In this document: piece by piece, positions 46,039-59,120 of the stretch | Numbering within the stretch: the stretch's first letter is position 1 | Layout: every line of letters begins with the position of its first letter | Assembly: GCA_010909165.1 (NCBI GenBank) | Contig: MU008179.1 | Span: forward strand, 620,001-684,000 | DNA length: 64,000 nt | Origin: Anthoceros angustus | Lineage: Eukaryota > Plantae > Anthocerotophyta | Direction of reading: 5' to 3' | Made by a program: the position numbers and the translations under genes | Notes under the pieces: model-generated | Database searches by the model: none | Told to the model about the DNA's origin: nothing | What the model saw: the letters and a program-made list of their open reading frames with translations, nothing else

Positions 46039-46677
46039 TTACAGCGGCTGGTGCTGCCCCTGCTGCTCCCGCTGGCGCCGCATTCTGGCTCCCCACGATT
46101 CGGGGGCAGCGGCGTACCTCACGGCCGCTCTCCTCTTCAATGTGGAGAGCTGATCCTCCCACTGCGACTTCCACTCCGCCGCGGAGGGGGCATCCGCACA
46201 CCGCCTCCTCCCGGACGCGATGGCGCTGAGCGAGTTAGCCATATCCCGGTCATACGAGGCCCGCCTCCTGGGATCCGACAGTGTCTCGTAGGCCTCCTGC
46301 ACCTCGATGAACTTCTCAGCGCACTCCTTGGACTGCCCCGGCGGGCAGACATCCGGGTGAAACTTCTTGGCCATCTGGCGGTACGCCAGCTTGATGTCCG
46401 GCAGCGCCACATCTTGCGGCAAGCCGAGCAGCTCGTAGAAATTAGGCTGAGCCGGAACAACTCTCTCCATAACCGCCCGCGGAGAAACGTACGCCACCCC
46501 GGCCCCGCTCCACAACGCCGCTGCAGATCTCACCCCGCCCGGCCTCAGCGCCGCTCCCGCAAACGAGCTCCGCAGCCGCGTCCTCTCCGCTCCCGGATTG
46601 GACGCCAAATGCGCCCCAGCCGCAAGCCCTTGCACCTGCGAGGCCACCGCCGCGCCTCCGGCCATCATCATCCTCAT
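46039..46677 (-). CDS. Small plastid-targeted J-domain protein (DnaJ 11/20-like), about 212 aa
   Basis: Ala/Ser/Arg-rich transit peptide, J domain NFYELLG...IKLAYRQMAKKFHPD...FIEVQEAYETLSDP.RRA.YD, and C-terminal W..QL..LKRR...SWGARMR. Confidence 0.93.
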   Translation of the reverse strand: MRMMMAGGAAVASQVQGLAAGAHLASNPGAERTRLRSSFAGAALRPGGVRSAAALWSGAGVAYVSPRAVMERVVPAQPNFYELLGLPQDVALPDIKLAYRQMAKKFHPDVCPPGQSKECAEKFIEVQEAYETLSDPRRRASYDRDMANSLSAIASGRRRCADAPSAAEWKSQWEDQLSTLKRRAAVRYAAAPESWGARMRRQREQQGQHQPL

Positions 46678-47109
46678 CCCTCCCTCCGCAAAAAATGCGC
46701 GGCTCCAAGAAAGCAACACTGGCAGCAACAACAACAGCAAGGCACAGTGGGACAATCCCCGAGCGCAAGCTGCTCCGCTTTCCAAGGCCCCCGCAAAGCC
46801 CTCGGAGTTATGTGTACATAAAGAGCCTTGCAAGCCAAAAGCAGTCCTTGCTCTCCTGCTCTCCTCCTCCGGCTTCGAGGTCGCCTGGCAGACCTACGGC
46901 ATTCGAAAGCTTTCACTTGGACGGCGGAGTTAGCGCGCGTCTTCAGACTGTTATTGGCCTCGCGGACTGACACACTGGCAGGCTGAAAGACGGCAAGTGG
47001 AAGCGGGAGTTATGGAGCATTGCGCTGGGGCGTGTGGCATTTTATGGAGAGCTTGCCGAGCCTCGCGCGGGCCCATCAACTCCCACCGCCCCAGAATGTG
47101 AATTACTTT

Positions 47110-47149
47110 TTTCTTCTTCTTCTTCTTCTTCTTCTTCTTCTTCTTCTTC
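47110..47149. repeat. (TTC)n microsatellite
   Basis: About 13 TTC units. Confidence 0.9.
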
Positions 47150-48558
47150 ATCACTCTAAAAGATAGTAAATATCCTACCAAATCAAACCGTAAAATCTAT
47201 TCCGCCCGCTAACCGGATTGGCACCTAGGTAGTTGGAGGTTCGCGATACACGACGCCACGACGCCACGTCTCATTGCGATACATAATTCGTTTTCGTGGA
47301 GTAAACTCCTTGGAGTGAGGCCGAAAGCGTAGGCAGCTAATTAAACCACCCCGAGTGTATGGAAATAAGGGCGTGAGCGTGTTTTTCCATGCAGGCGGCG
47401 GCCGGCCGGTAACCGCGTGCGCCCGGTACCCGGGATGTTGTGAGGGGCCGGCTCGCCGTCGGGTCCCGAGCTTGGGAGACGATTCATCTGTACACATGTA
47501 TGGAAAACACTTGCCCGCAAGGCGCCAGCTGCGATTTGGGACAAACCTGAAATGCAAGTGCACCAAGTGGCGTGGCGATCTTATCCTCACGCAACTTGGG
47601 AAATCCTTACCCGACGGTCGGGCACGAAACCCGCTTGCGTCTCTTCTTGCCTCCAACACCGCGGACACATCGATCGAGACACCGACAAGTTGGCGGGTTG
47701 GATGGGGATTGGGTTCAGGTTGGGTTGGGTTATGTTGGGTCGGGGTGAATGAACCCGGGTTTGGTTCTTCCCGAACATGGGTGCCTGCGGAACCGTGAGC
47801 CCTGTCTTGATTCCGAGGCTGTTTCCCCGGAAGCAGCCAGTCTCTAGAAGGGCCATGGCATGGGTACGGTTGCGGAAGGTTCGATGGGGGAAGATGGCGG
47901 CATGGCGGCATGGCGGCATGCCGCCGCGGCGTGCTGCCACTGGCGCAGCGCTGTGGAGCATCGAATGTTCCATGCAAGCGTGGCATGACCTGTCCCGCAC
48001 GCAGTGGTGAATTCGCTTGTGGCGCTGGTCGTTGCTTGGTGTCGACGGCGACGAAAAGCGTCCGGTGAAAGGGCTTTGGACCTCGGAAGTCGGAGGTGGG
48101 AGGGAACTGGAAGTTGCACTACAAGGAATGTAGCTGTAGTTCGTCATCGCCAAGGCGCCGCAGGCCCCGTCCGCCTACCCTGTTGCCTGAGGTTGCCAAG
48201 GGGGTACAGTTTCAACTTCCAGATCCTGATCGCCTCCGACCGATTTGCACAATAAAATCCTAGTCACACCTGCGCGCGCACAAGCATAGGCCGCCCGCCT
48301 CGTATTAAAAAACACCCACGATCTCTCATCGTAGCGCCTTTTCCGGAGGCTGGACGAGAGAATACATATATGGTCCAACTGTTCGCGTTCTCTTTGTTTT
48401 ACGTATAGGGAACGCCTTGTGCCTCCAAGAGCTCTGGTACACTTAGTTTCTCTTGTCACAGGGTCTTAGTTTTGGGCATATGCAACTCTTTGTTCATGGA
48501 ATACACGGGACGCCATCAATTGCAATGAGGGTTATTTTGCACCCTCAGAATGAGAATG

Positions 48559-48752
48559 AAAAACCCACTAGCCTGCATTTTTTATTTATATGAGATCCTT
48601 CCTATCCATATTCATTCTAAATGAGAGCTACCTTAAATCCATGGAAGTGAGAGATGAAAAAACCCATTAGCCTGCATTTTTTATTCATATGAGATCCTTC
48701 CTATCCACATTCATTCCAAATGAGAGCTACCTTAAATCCATGGAAGTGAGAG
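48559..48752. repeat. ~97-bp tandem duplication
   Basis: GAAAAACCCA.TAGCCTGCATTTTT...TCCATGGAAGTGAGAG occurs twice. Confidence 0.85.
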
Positions 48753-49871
48753 TGAATTTTTAACCAGGGGAGCCTGTGTTCACCTTCATCTTCTAGACAT
48801 ACTTTGATTCTCATATTTGTTTTCTTTCCCTCTTGCGTCTATCACAGATATTAGAAGTTTCGAACATTACTTCTTTGCTTCTTAACCAATGTCCAAGAAG
48901 CTCAACTATATTTTTTATGAATCTCTACTTACATATATATAAGTAATAAATAACAACTTACTATACGATGAATTCCTTACAATACAAAGAAGGCACATTA
49001 TCAAATTTAAAATATTATATAAAATATTTATAATTACCTAATAAATCAAAAAAGTATTTAAATTCACCTTATAATCAAACAGCTTTTGGTCGAGTGTTCA
49101 AGGCATGTGCATGCAAAGTGGTAGTAGAAGAAGAAGTGCACGGATTTGTCCTCAAGCACCTTTGGATGAGTATTTAAGTCGTGTGCTTGCTAAATGCATG
49201 GGTTTGTCATGAGTAGCTTTGGCTGAGTGGTCCAAATGGCTTAGGCCAAATGGACACACTTACCTTAAGAATATTGCAATTAAGCGTCCTACATCACAAG
49301 GGGACCCACATGGGGTACTTAGAGAGGAATGCCACGCCATAGTTAAGCGCTCTACACCACAAAAGGGACCCAAATGGGGTACCTAGAGAGGAATGCCTTC
49401 GGTGCTAGTGCTAATAGCCTAGTTTACTCCATGGAGCAAGTTGCCCGGAGAGCTGAGTCTCATGGCAGCATGTCTGTCCTTAGTGGACATCAAATAAATT
49501 GGCATGTCCATACTTCATAACTTCAAATAAATTTTTGTTTGTTTGTTTGTTTGGATGTAGGTGATAATCTTGGTACGTGATGCAGGTTTATCCCGTGCGC
49601 TTATTGCGTGGAAAACAGACGGCTGTTGTGCCAAGATGGGCAAGTGGGTCTGTACCACTTGCAACACGAGAAATTGCCCGGTTGTTGGGATTGGTGGCGT
49701 GAGCTAATCAGGTCACAACTACGGCACAAGCTAGCCATTGGTTGCGGTGAAAGAAATTAAAAATTTGGATATGTTCCTCGCGGCCGAGATCGAAGCCGTG
49801 TGGTCAGAAATAATTCGGATGCCCGCTCCTTCCGACATCACATTGACAGCTCGCCAAAACGGCTGGGAAGA

Positions 49872-50671
49872 ATGGGTCCAAGCGAGCCGTCTCACGGCAG
49901 CACAGCGAAGTCAGGACCGCCGAATTTCCTGCGACGACTGTCCATGTTGCATGTCCAACTGCTTCTATTGACACTGCTACTTGCTGCTTGTGGTCTGGTC
50001 CCTGTGGAAGATGTTGGGTTTGTGTTCTTGATTTCTGCATATATTTGGTTTTTCAACAAGGTGGCATTTCCCCCGGTTACCTCTGAGCGGCCCTCGAGCT
50101 TTTACAAGAGTAAGTTTTTTCCTGTTGCCGTTGTAGGACCTTCCTGCATGTTGTTGCTCAGAGCCTTGCTTTCTTTGCAGACAATCCGTGGTTCGGCAAA
50201 TATATCACACTCGGAGCTGTGTTGGGGCTTCTGTTGCCGCTGGGGTACATCATTGCTGCCTTTGGTCAAGGGGATCTAAAGGCAACGCGGGCAGCATCGC
50301 CCCATCTCTTCTTGCTCTCATGCCAGGTGCTCACAGAAGGTTTTTCCAATTCGAACACGGTTTCAGTGATCACACGTTGTCTTGTTCCTATTTCTTACAA
50401 CACATGGAGGTTGGGTTCAATTTCAACTTGGTTAAGGTCTTCACTTGCCGAGGAGGCGGGAGATCTTAACCAAGGACCCGGGGGTCGCCAGCTTGGCTCC
50501 TCAGGAGGACCATGGATTAGGTTTGGGCAGATACTTGCTGTTGCCAATATGATATTTTGGAGCTTCAATCTGTTCGGTTTCCTGCTACCTGTGCATTTGC
50601 CTAAGGCAATGCGAAAGCATTTTGAGTCTGAGCAAGCTTCCAGGCACACAGAGGAAGGCAGAAGAGATTAA
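49872..50671 (+). CDS. Conserved plant multi-pass membrane protein of unknown function (At5g52420-like), exons 49872-50109 and 50181-50671
   Basis: QL.LL...LAACGLV, K..FPP, GLLLPL.YI, AASPHLFLL.CQV..EG, LVPI.YN..R and AN...WSFNLFGFLLPV.LPKA. A phase-1 GT-AG intron restores the frame. Start uncertain. Confidence 0.85.
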
Positions 50672-51050
50672 CATTACTACTCTGCGCAACTTGAAACGTA
50701 CTGTGCGCAAGACCAAAAACTATGTCCGCTTTTCCAAATGTCTTCCACGACGGGAAACGGTCCAAGGTAACTGATGACTTCCACGGTATTTCGACTGGAC
50801 TTAAACTCTTAATAAATATGGGCCGCCTGCGTGTACCGTAGTCCACAAAGAATGTTTTTTCGCAGGTCCCCAATCAAACCCACTGGTCCGCAAGTGTGGC
50901 AAAGGCTCAGACTTGCATGAATTCTGCAAAATTTTGACCCGACCACTCTGTTCACAGGCAGGACAGGAACAGAATCAGCAATGCCCGAAGATCGTGGAGC
51001 GGGAGGTGATCGTTTGAATGTTTGGTGGGAGCTTCTTATTTCTCTTCTCC

Positions 51051-54000
51051 CTATTTCTTCTCCGACAAGTTCTTTTTCACGGTTCCTCCGAAGACCACCT
51101 TCTGCAGTTCCTTCGCAATCTCGTCTATGGAGAGCTTGGAGTCGCTGAAATTCACAAACTCCAACTGCAAGAGTTCCAAAACGAATTGTCTGTTAGACGT
51201 CTGTGGGAACGTTCCAACCCCAGTCAGAATACGTTTGCAAACCAGCTGTAGAATCAATGCAAATTACATGGGTGCAGCTTATGATGGGTCAATCAAATGT
51301 GGCACAACGATGCACATGCCGAATCTTCCGGAGCAAGATGCTCTTAGGACTCAAAACCCAGATTAGTGCAGACCAACATGTATGCCACCAGATGGAGCAC
51401 CAGAAACACAAGCAGTGAATGCACTTTGCCTCTTCTCAACACGTGCAACAAGGAAAGGTGAACAGGCAGCAGCGAAGCTTCAACAGGAGGCAGAATACAG
51501 ACATGCTGTCCTGATTTGAGGTCTACCACAACTCCACTGGCACGGAGGCCTCTCCTTCCCGCATGAATGTTTGTGATACTGCTGTGATCAACTTGGATTG
51601 TCTGCAAGACGACATGTTCCATTCAGCTGCTATCTCGGAATGCTGGCCGGAGTTTGCTTGTGTGAGTGGAATCCGAAACTCACCTTTTCGACGTCGGTTG
51701 ATAAAAAAATTAAATGAGCCGCTGACACTTTCAATACGCCCGGCTGCTTGGACAATATGCGCTGCTTGGAACACTGGTAGGCTGGAACACAATTACGTTG
51801 CAACATTTAGCTGGAAACCTCATGAAGTTGGCGTATATTGCTAAATAAGTCACCTTAGGCCGGGCAGTAGAGCTTACTTTTGATGGCTTCATGTTGCTGT
51901 ACATTTGAGCCATCCTCTTCCTTTGCCCACGTTGAAGCCATGTATTTTTCAAGGTAGGTTCCCGTGCCAACAACCTGGAATGACAGAGCATAAGCCCAGG
52001 CAAAATTTTTGGAAACTGAAATACCGATCGGACAGCCATAATGATCCTTACAAACCTGCTTAAAGATTACTCGGCAGACCTTGCTGCAATCCCCAATTCT
52101 TGTAAACTTGGTCGGCCGGTTGTTCAGAGCAACAATTGAGATAGAGCTGCTGTCAACTACGGAAACTCGCAGTATCCGGTCTAAGGAAAGCAGGAATACA
52201 TTCTTGTCATCGGCTGCGGCCGTGCTTGCACCGGCAAAACACACATGCCGTGGTGTCACATACAAAGTGCCTTGGGCCTTCCTTGAGTTCCTGTTACCAG
52301 CAGACGGATATTCACAGGTCAGTCATAATATCTTCGCAAACCTTAGTCATAATATCTTGACAGATCTTAGTCATAATTTCTGGACATCGTGCTGAGGTTG
52401 CAGCAGCATCAACAGCATCGAGAAATACCTGCAGGTGAAGGAGTCGACCATCTCTTCATCCTTTGGAAGTCCAAAGATGAACTGTAAGCAAAGCAGAAGC
52501 AGTAGCACGTCAATCAAGGTGCTTTTGCTGGGTAAAAGAGCCCCTCTAACAACAACACTCAGCCAGGCTATGTTAGCTCTCTGCTCACAGGCAAATACCT
52601 GCATCATCTTGTTGTTGGCGATCAAACTCTGACGCATAACGATATCCTGAGCCTCGTCGTCATTCTTCTGTCTCAGCAGCCACAAGTAGTCCAACACATG
52701 TAGCTCGGCCTCAACTTTGACAGACTCCACGTGCTCATTCGACGGCGGATTGAGCCCATGAAGTGGGCCGCATGGTGAATTCGCCTTCTTTTGCATGTCA
52801 AGATTATTGTACTTATCCCAGGCTTGCCAGTATAAGATGCAAAGCTCACGAGTGCCAAGATCCCAGCAAGAAAGAATCTTCCGAAGACGGGCAGTAGTTT
52901 CATCCATCTCCGTGCTACTTAGGCCCTTACCGCCTCCGTGGAAATAGTCATAGAAAAATGTCAGAGACTCTCCCAATTTCAGCCTCTGCGCTGGAGTCAT
53001 CGGAGTGGGATCCTCGTCACGATTGAGGGCAAACTCTTCCATGCAAAACATCAATGCGTGTGCACTCTCCTGGACACGGAATGAAGGCAGTGTTCAGAGC
53101 CACCGACAAAATCGAGGAACATGCTAGTTTGTGTCTCACCAAAAGAAAACAAGCAGGGAAACCAGCTTTCCTACCCAAAGAATGCGTCGAAAGATAGTTG
53201 GATGCAGTCCTTCGTTCATGACAGAAAGATGCTCATCCAGATACTCCGTTAAAGGCAGAAACTGCTCGCCAATATCATAATCAGCATGAGAGTCCAAATC
53301 ACGAAGGACATACTGGAGCTCACTCGTGAGACGGCCCTGCACGAGCATTTGCAATCCTCCATTAGATCCATCTACTTCTTGAGGCAGTTGAGGACCAGCC
53401 CAGAAAAAGTGAAATCGGTACTCACCTGCACGTTTTCCACAATTGAACCAATTACATTCGTCAAAGTCTGCTGCACATAGTGATGCAGATCTTTGAACCT
53501 TTGGCCGACCTGCGTACTTGGACTAAGATGTGTGTTGACAGCACCGTGGACACCATTCTCACTGAACAAACATACACACGAGCTGTTAGGGCAAACGTTA
53601 CACTCGAACAGATACTAACCAGGCTGATGACCCCAGCAGTGTATAGAAGTTTTACCCTGGAATTTCCTCATCAAGGTCAGGAAAATCCAAATCAGGATCG
53701 CTATCTTCAGTTGCATTCGCAGGAACTGGTTGCAGTGCAGTTCCCCACGTTGATTCCAGTCGTCTCTCCAAATCCAGGTCTTGTTCCAGAACTGCGTGCA
53801 TATCATTCAGCTGCACAAGTTGACCCGCAAGCGCTATCCAGTGTTACTGTTAACGTGTCCAGATGACGCGATGACCTTGTTTCCAGAAGAAGCTCTGGGA
53901 AGGTCTACAGAAGTACAACAGCTGCAGACTAAAACAACAGTCCAAACTGTGCCCAACTCACCTTGACACACAGAGTTTTCGATATTGACAGGGGCGGAAT

Positions 54001-57000
54001 TTTGTCGTCCGACTTGGACAGGCTAAGAATACCACGAGTTTCAGTTGGAAGTTCTTCTGGAAGCTCGTCCAGGCAAAGTTTTTCCAGAACTCCGACGTAG
54101 GTCTCGATGGCCGTGCAAATTCCAACTTCAACTTTTGGAAGATACTGCGCCCCAAATGGTAGGGACAGGAGGCGAGACGACAATTCATCGACAACCTCGC
54201 TAATCATGAAAAACAGATCTGCCCAGTACAACAATGAGTTGTTACCCCCCCCCCAAAAAAAAAAGCAGCCAAGATGCGAAGGGCACGCAGAAAACAGGTG
54301 TGACTGATCTTACCAACCACAGAGAATGAGAAGAATGCATTGGTATGAGGAGAGAGCGGTTCCCACTTCTCCGCACTAACAATTGAGCTTATCCAGCTGC
54401 ACGATTTTAACCAGACAAGAAACAAGCTTGTTTCAAAACTCAGCTTCTTCTGTATCTGCTTCCTGCGTGAGATCGGTTTGCACCTCACGCAAACATGCCA
54501 CGCGCAAACAAATCTCCTGAAGCAAGAAATAAAGGCCTTACTCTATCATGCGAGGTTTTGTCGTAGCCAGCCATTGCGTAAGGTGGTCCTCAAACAGGCT
54601 GTGCACGTCTATGAACTTCAGCTGCACTCCCAGTTTTTCGATATCTTCGTGGAGCAGTAACAGCTCTTTAGCCAAGTCCTGCAAAGAAGTGCACTGTTTC
54701 GATCTGCAACCGTTTCTGGAAAGAGCCGCAACCAGAAAACCATAAGTTTGAGGATCTAAGATGCCGTTGGTATCAACTCACCACGTAATCTTTAGGAAAT
54801 GTCTTCACGGAGGCAGCTCCGACAAAACTTTTGATATAGTCAGACACCTGACATTGAGAACCAGCTTTCAGCACTTCTGTTCAACACGCTTGCAAGCGTC
54901 CATGCTGCTCAGAGGATGGAAGCAGGCTTACCAACTTGTAGTAGACAGGGGCGGTGACGGCAGGAAGGAAGCAGGCATCTGGAAAGGCGTCCACGAAGGT
55001 AGAGCCATGCTCCTGAAGATCATTACGGATGAAGCGCACCACTTTGGTTATTGACTGGGAACTGATTTCCCTCACTTCCCCTGTGTACAGAGAGTCGTCC
55101 ACCAGAGACTTGTGGAACCGTTTCTCGCAAAATGACTGGTAAAAGGCCACGCACCCACCAACAGGTTAATCTCACACGGTGTGTGTGTGCGTACAAGCAA
55201 GCGTGAGAGTAGTGGAGCATCTATTACTCACCTGGACCCAGCTCCGAAGAGGAACCACAATTTCATCCAGACTGAGGTCCCAACGCAGGATCAGTGACAG
55301 AAGCTCAATAAGCCTTGACAAAGCTCCTGGAGGCTGGTTCTTTGGGAACACCGTCTGAAAATTTTCAACGATGTCCACGGCAGGTTTCATGAGCACTGGA
55401 CATCCACAAGTCATAACAGTGTGATTAGTACAAGGGCCCCGACCAAACATGGAAACCAGAACAGGAATGGAAAGTGGAACGTACACACGACAATACTGCT
55501 GTGCACAGCCAGCTCCGTCTTGGTTAGCTTGCCCTCTTTTGCAGCCAGGCAAGCTGGAGACCACTCCTCGACTACGTATTGTAGATAGTCGGCATCCGTA
55601 TTGAACTTTCCTGCCAGCACGTGGACAATGCCCAGACTACATCTCTCCTTCCGCAAGCCGTAATGAGTTGCGAAGTTGTTGACTATCCTCTTCCACTGAG
55701 GTCTTAGCTCAAACTCCCCTGCAGGCCAGGTGTGACGTTCAGTATTTCTCCCCCCTCCCCCCCGTTTCAAGCACATAGAACAAATATCCAAGGAAGACAG
55801 CAAGGCGGTGGCACCTGGCTTTTGCTGCCTGTATGCTAAACGGAGGAGTACGTCGTATGATCTCTCGACGTCATCCACTGGAGGCAACAAGAGCAACTTG
55901 TTTGGCGGTGCTTCTCTGCCAGAAAAGAAGAACGAACCGAACAAAGTTTGAGTTATCTTCAAAAATGGCCAGCTGACGACCAGACATTGATTGCAAAACC
56001 GAGGATGGACTGACGCGGACCTGTAGAACCGCTCGCAAATGCAAGAAAGCTGGAGTGTCAGAGTGGTGGTGCTCTCCCTCCCCCTGTCATCCATCAGCTG
56101 GTAATTTGTGGCAGGACCATCCCCTTGCAGCCCACCGTGTGCAAGGGCGTGTGCCTCGATATGACTGTAGGACAGTACGATTTGCCCTAGAAACGAGTCT
56201 CCACTCCAAGGAGCCACCTGCATTCACATTTCCAACGGCGTGAAACGATTCAGAAGTAAGATCGGCAGGGTGCGGTGGGCTGGCAGCATTTGCATTGGAG
56301 CTTCTTAGTACCTTTCTCCTCTTGCTCCTCCTGGAGCTCTTCCGTTTGAGATATTGTTTGAAGGAACTTTTGGTGAACTGGGCAAGGGCTATTTCCCCGT
56401 CTTGCCCAATGAGAGGTCCCCCCAGCTTGTCCCACACTTCAATGAGGAACCGGTCCTGCATGCTGCAACCCACAATTCACAATTCCGTCAAGATCCTCTT
56501 CACCGAGCGAGCTCCGTCGACAGAGACTAGGAAAAAGCGAGCGGCTGATTACCTGCCGACTGAGATCCACGGCGACTTGGCATGCCATTCTGCACTATCA
56601 ACACAAGCCACGGGATCCGTGCGAAAGGCAGGTTTTCTCCCTGCTACATCGTCGGATTCAGTGTCCGGAGATGGCATGTTCCCGGGCTTCGCTGGAAGAA
56701 CAGAGACAGAGCAATAGGCCTGCAGGGGCTGGGGGGGCTTAGCGCACCCGAACATGGACCGCCATGATGATCCGCCAGGTCCCCGGAAACCATCCCCGGA
56801 AAGGACCTCCACCTGGACAGACGCCGAGAAGGACGGCAGAGTGGCCATGAAATCGATGTCCTTTGTAAGCTCTTGGGTTTCCTCTGCCTTCCAGGCCTCG
56901 TAGTGCGCCTGATCATCGAACAGAGCCGGGTTGATGAAAGGGTCGTCGTCATGCTGAATCTTGTCCAGTCTGCTCACAATTTCTGCACAAACCCACAATT

Positions 57001-57761
57001 CTCCGGTCAACAAATTGCGGTGAAAACAACAATGCCATCCCCATCCTCAGGTGGTGAAACCGGAGGCAATCATACCTGCCCTCCGATACTGCGCAACCTT
57101 CCGAGCCCGGCTCTGCACAGTAGAATAAACCGACTCGTCCAAGCTGGTGAACACCTCCCTGACGGTGGCCGCATCCAGCATCATGTCCACCAAATCCTGG
57201 CCTTCCCGCTTGGGAGCGTAGATGGCCCGCAACAGAGCCTCGCAGAGGCGGGGATCCTGGTACTCGGCCCGATCCAGGTTGTCATGATCTGTACTCAATT
57301 TGGCATTGGCCACATTCCCATTCCCACTCCCAGTAGCAGGCAGCTGGCTGTTGATGATGATATCGGTGATCTCGGCGACGGAGATGTCATCCACGTCCAG
57401 TGGCAGTGACAGCGGCTCCGTCATAGAAGAACGCCGAGAGTGGCCGGGCCGGTAGACAAAATCCGTGCGGTGCTGCTTGGGGCCGGGCTTCACGCTCACC
57501 TCCCTGATCCGGCCTGAGGCGGCATGGGCCAGGCGGATGGTGCCCATGGCGGGCGCCTTGGCCTGGCCGTCCGCCGGGGTGGCGTCGGCATGTTGTGTGT
57601 TCCCCCTGTTGCTCAACTTCTGGAATGGCAGGCGGAATGCTGTGGGTCGGGGCCGTGGAGTCCACCACCGCCTGGGATGGCAGCGGCAGCCGCTTGGGGT
57701 CGCAGTCGTCCGCGCTGGGCTTGCGGACCGAGCTTGTGAGGCGGCTGAAATCCGGGGGCAT
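51051..57761 (-). CDS. Munc13/UNC-13-like protein (C2 domain, MUN/MHD helical region, probable C-terminal GRAM/PH-like domain), multi-exon
   Basis: C2-like strands (VQVEVLSGDG, YCSVSV, FLIEVWD, DSFLGQIVL). MUN-like blocks (FIRNDLQEH...F, ISKTLCVK, F.PLTEYLDEHL......L...F.RIL, L..YFHGGGKGLS). GRAM-like FGLP.DE.MVDSFTC...GRLF. One frameshift in a 5-C run at 57602-57606. Exon map incomplete. Confidence 0.7.
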
Positions 57762-59053
57762 CCTGACACTCGGGACATGCAGGCCAAGCCCACGCCCGGC
57801 CTCCGGCACGCAATTTCACCCAGGCGAGCTCGGCAGCTTCACAAAGCAGCAGCAGATCTCGTGACGCTCACTGCACACAGCGGAGCGGTCAGGATGGCAG
57901 ATGAGACAAATTCGCCTGAGATTCACCAACTCCACACGCACACGCACACTCACACTCACACTCAAACGAATATACATGGAGAGGACAAGATTGAATGAGG
58001 GCATAGAGGCCAAGTGCGACATATGCAGCTGCAAGCAAGCAAGCTGCATGGATTTGATTCTTTCCTCCCTCCTTTGAGGAAAGGCAGAGGCGCACCGTAC
58101 AGGTGCGAGCTTGGAGCAATAAATTGGGTGTCAGATTCAACGGGGGATGATAAAGCGGACGGAGGCAATTCACGCAAGGAAGGAACGAGGCGGCACTTCC
58201 AGGCAGACACGGGGGCTTACCGGATGAGATTGTGATGGCGCGCAGCTCCCGGGCCGACTCCAGCTCCTGCAATCCTTCAGAATTACTTGGCAAAGCGTTG
58301 GACGGCCTGGAGGCGCAATCCCACGGCTTCTCTTGGTCGCGGGAATTACACGAGAAGCTGCTGCAGTGGCGACATGGCTATCCCTTTCGCCCGCCTGCGC
58401 AATCCTCAACCGTTACCGCGGCACCAACACGGCGAGGCTCGAAGGCGAGCTTCCGCGGGTACGCCACCCGCTTCACGCCTGCAGGACAGCGGCCCCGACG
58501 CTCCGCATTCCCGCTACCGCGCGTGATCAATCCAGCTCCGCCTGTGCTGCGCTTTGCTCCTGGGAAGAGCCCGTGACCTGGAATGGTCCCGGGAGGATTT
58601 CGGAATGGGCGGGGGCTTGATGCAGCAGAAGCAGCACAGCAGCGCAGGCAGGCGCAGGCGCAGGCGCGAGTGCAAGTGCAAGTGCAAGTGCAACAGCAAG
58701 AGCGAGAGCGAGAGCAGGAGGAGAAGCAAGAGCAATCGCAGGAAAGCAGGGAAGGAAGCGGAGAAGGGAGCGAGCGCGGTAGGCGGAGGAGCGGCAGCTG
58801 GGAGCGCAACGCAGCGGATTGCAAAGCGCGCGGGCGGAGCGGGGCGGAGCGGAGCGAGGGAGGGAGGATGCAGGAGGACGGCGCTGCCGGGCTTCTCGGG
58901 CGGCGAAGACAGCAGGCGCGAGCCGAGGCCAAGAGAAGAGAGAATGGGAAGAGAAGAGAAGCCAGGAGAAGGGACGCCGAGGAAGAGGCCAGGTATCTAT
59001 GTATGTGCGCTTGCAAGCTCGGGTTGCAGAGCTGTATGTGTGTGGGCACAGAG

Positions 59054-59120
59054 CCCAGGACCCAGGACCCAGGACCCAGGACCCGGGACCCAGGACCCAG
59101 GACCCAGGACCTGGACCCAG
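59054..59120. repeat. 7-bp microsatellite (CCCAGGA)n
   Basis: About 9 units. Confidence 0.9.

Noticed and set aside
49079-49260. tRNA or tRNA-derived SINE (GGCTGAGTGGTCCAAATGGC resembles an A box)
   Set aside because: No convincing B box or cloverleaf; the similarity is too short.
18404-57761. Functional linkage of SEC10 and the Munc13-like gene
   Set aside because: They are about 28 kb apart with unrelated genes between; proximity alone is not evidence.
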